From Podarcis liolepis (Eukaryota): 64,000 bases of DNA. A program made the position numbers and the translations under genes. The stretch lies in NCBI GenBank assembly GCA_965112155.1, contig OZ218103.1. One strand, written 5' to 3'. The notes under the pieces were generated by a model, which did not search any database, was not told the DNA's origin, and saw only the letters and a list, made by a program, of their open reading frames with translations. Shown piece after piece: positions 62,333 through 64,000 of the stretch (positions are counted from its first letter, which is position 1; the number at the start of each line of letters is the position of its first letter).

Positions 62333-62872
62333 ACCAGCAGATACTTCTATCTGATGCCCTAGTTTTTTGTTCTAATGGATTAGTAATGAAGCATCGGGAT
62401 GTCTTTAAATAAAGCACTGGAATTGTTCAGCAGGGCTATGAAAAGAAGAAGAAGAAAGTTCATGTCACATGTGAATAAATAATAGCAACTGCAGTTCTGA
62501 GAGAGAGAGAGAGGGAAAGGTCATGGAAGAGTCAAAATGGTATGAAGAGCTTCGGGATACAAAAGCTTTCTTTACATCCGAAAGATGACTACCACCAACA
62601 CTAGTGAATAAAATCCAAGTGGGGCCAGCCCAAACTGGAATTCATAATGCGCTCCAGTGTCTTAAGACCATGATCTGCCAGGGATTTAATTCTAACTGGA
62701 ACCATAAAAGCAGACCTTTTTAAGTGCCAGAATGTTGCTCAAGTGTCATGCGCATGGGATTGATGCTTTAGTGGAGGTGTGCAAAAGTGCCAGAGTCCCA
62801 TTTACAGCCCAGTCCTAGGCATATTTACCCAAATGGAAGCCCCAATATAGGAATATAGATTACAATCCTGTA

Positions 62873-63123
62873 CAGTCGTACCTTGGAAGTCGAACGGAAT
62901 CCGTTCCAGAAGTCTGTTCGACTTCCAAAATGTTCAAAAACCAAAGCGCGGCTTCCGATTGGCTGCAGAAAGCTCCTGCAGCCAATCGGAAGCAGCAGAA
63001 GCCCCATCAGTCATTCAGCTTCCAAAAATAGTTCACAAACCAGAACAGTCAACTTCCGGGTTTGTGAGGTTTGAGAGTCAAAATGTTTGGGAACTAAGCT
63101 GTTCGATTTCCAAGGTACAACTG
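62873..63123. mobile_element. Tc1/mariner-type MITE with central palindrome
   Basis: TA|CAGTCGTACCTTGGAA...TTCCAAGGTACAACTG|TA. Confidence 0.9.
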
Positions 63124-64000
63124 TACTCACACAAGCACTGAAGATGCACTGCCAGTAGAAGGCTTCATCCAGTGTGTGCTCAGCTTGGTCAAGGAGGAGA
63201 AAACTGCAGGCAGAAAATACAAATATGGTGTAAAATGACAGACATGCCCACAGTGTTGCTGAGAATGCCGCCCACCAATCAGGGTATGTGCCAAGGATGG
63301 TGTCTGTGAGGCAGCCAATGAACTTGTGGGCATGCCTCAGAAATCATCACATGCACAACCTGCCCCCCTGTTCTATCTACCCCAGTGACACAGCCAACAA
63401 TGGTCCTGCTGCCAGTCCCTCGGGTGTCCTTCCATGCGTATGTTTGAATCACCTTGCACACAATCCACCTAAAGGGGAGAAGGCCCACAACACAGCACTC
63501 ACATATCTCCTTGGGGCAGGATACATACAAGCAGGTTGCACAGTCCTCTTCTTGGATGGGGTCCAGAGCCACCCATGGGACAAGCAGTCCAGAAGATGGG
63601 CAGGAATATGCAACGAAAGTGGCCGCAGAATAGGAGCCTCTGTGGCCTCCCTGCAAAGGGCAAGGGGTTAGGAAGCAGGAGATTGGAGACCAAGCCTCAC
63701 CAGGGAGAAGGGGAGAAATACAGCCTGACTCTCCTCTCACATGCCTGGCAAGAAATATGTCAGGGTCAAAAGAGAAAGGGCTCCCAGGACTTGAAGCTCT
63801 ATAGAGCAGTTTCCCGACCACTTAGCCACAACATTGGACAGGAATCTGCCCCACTGTCTTAAGACCCGTTTATATGGGTTGCAGCAGGAAACTTAGCCAG
63901 ATAGAACAATTCATTCTATATATGCAGGGGGACCCAGGTTTGAATCCACGGTACAATCCCACATTAGAATAGGTGGCAAATGGCACCCTACAGGTAGGCA

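Noticed and set aside
63279-63862. Overlapping 180/127/108-aa ORFs in INKA2 intron 1
   Set aside because: No recognisable domain, no match to the expected INKA2 exon 2 (MSMKEVGDGL...), no convincing splice sites; a BLASTX/Dfam search would settle it
301-63862. Remaining 60-130 aa ORFs in the track
   Set aside because: Intronic, intergenic or repeat-derived frames of chance length, many with non-ATG starts

Overview
This is vertebrate genomic DNA, almost certainly from a squamate reptile: Sauria SINEs with BovB LINEs and reptile Penelope fragments suggest a lizard, possibly a lacertid (inference). It shows the KCND3-DDX20-INKA2 order known from human chr1p13. (1) The 3' part of KCND3 (Kv4.3, + strand) has four coding exons (3768-3860, the 57-nt alternative 'long isoform' exon 6953-7009, 10754-11001, 14772-14973) and a probable long 3' UTR to about 22.4 kb. 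(2) A complete 11-exon DDX20/Gemin3 gene lies on the - strand (CDS 34319->26396, 2298 nt, 765 aa, one GC-AG intron). (3) The first coding exon of INKA2/FAM212B (+, 60100-60168) follows a CpG island. The rest is intron/intergenic DNA full of squamate repeats. The most notable observation is a Penelope-derived minimal hammerhead ribozyme in sense orientation in the putative KCND3 3' UTR; a local duplication may let this normally dimer-dependent ribozyme close stem III in cis. Also notable are a near-consensus p53 element in INKA2 intron 1, a CTCF site between the convergent KCND3/DDX20 ends, and an LTR-like repeat family that conserves a short peptide. All identifications were made by eye, without database searches.
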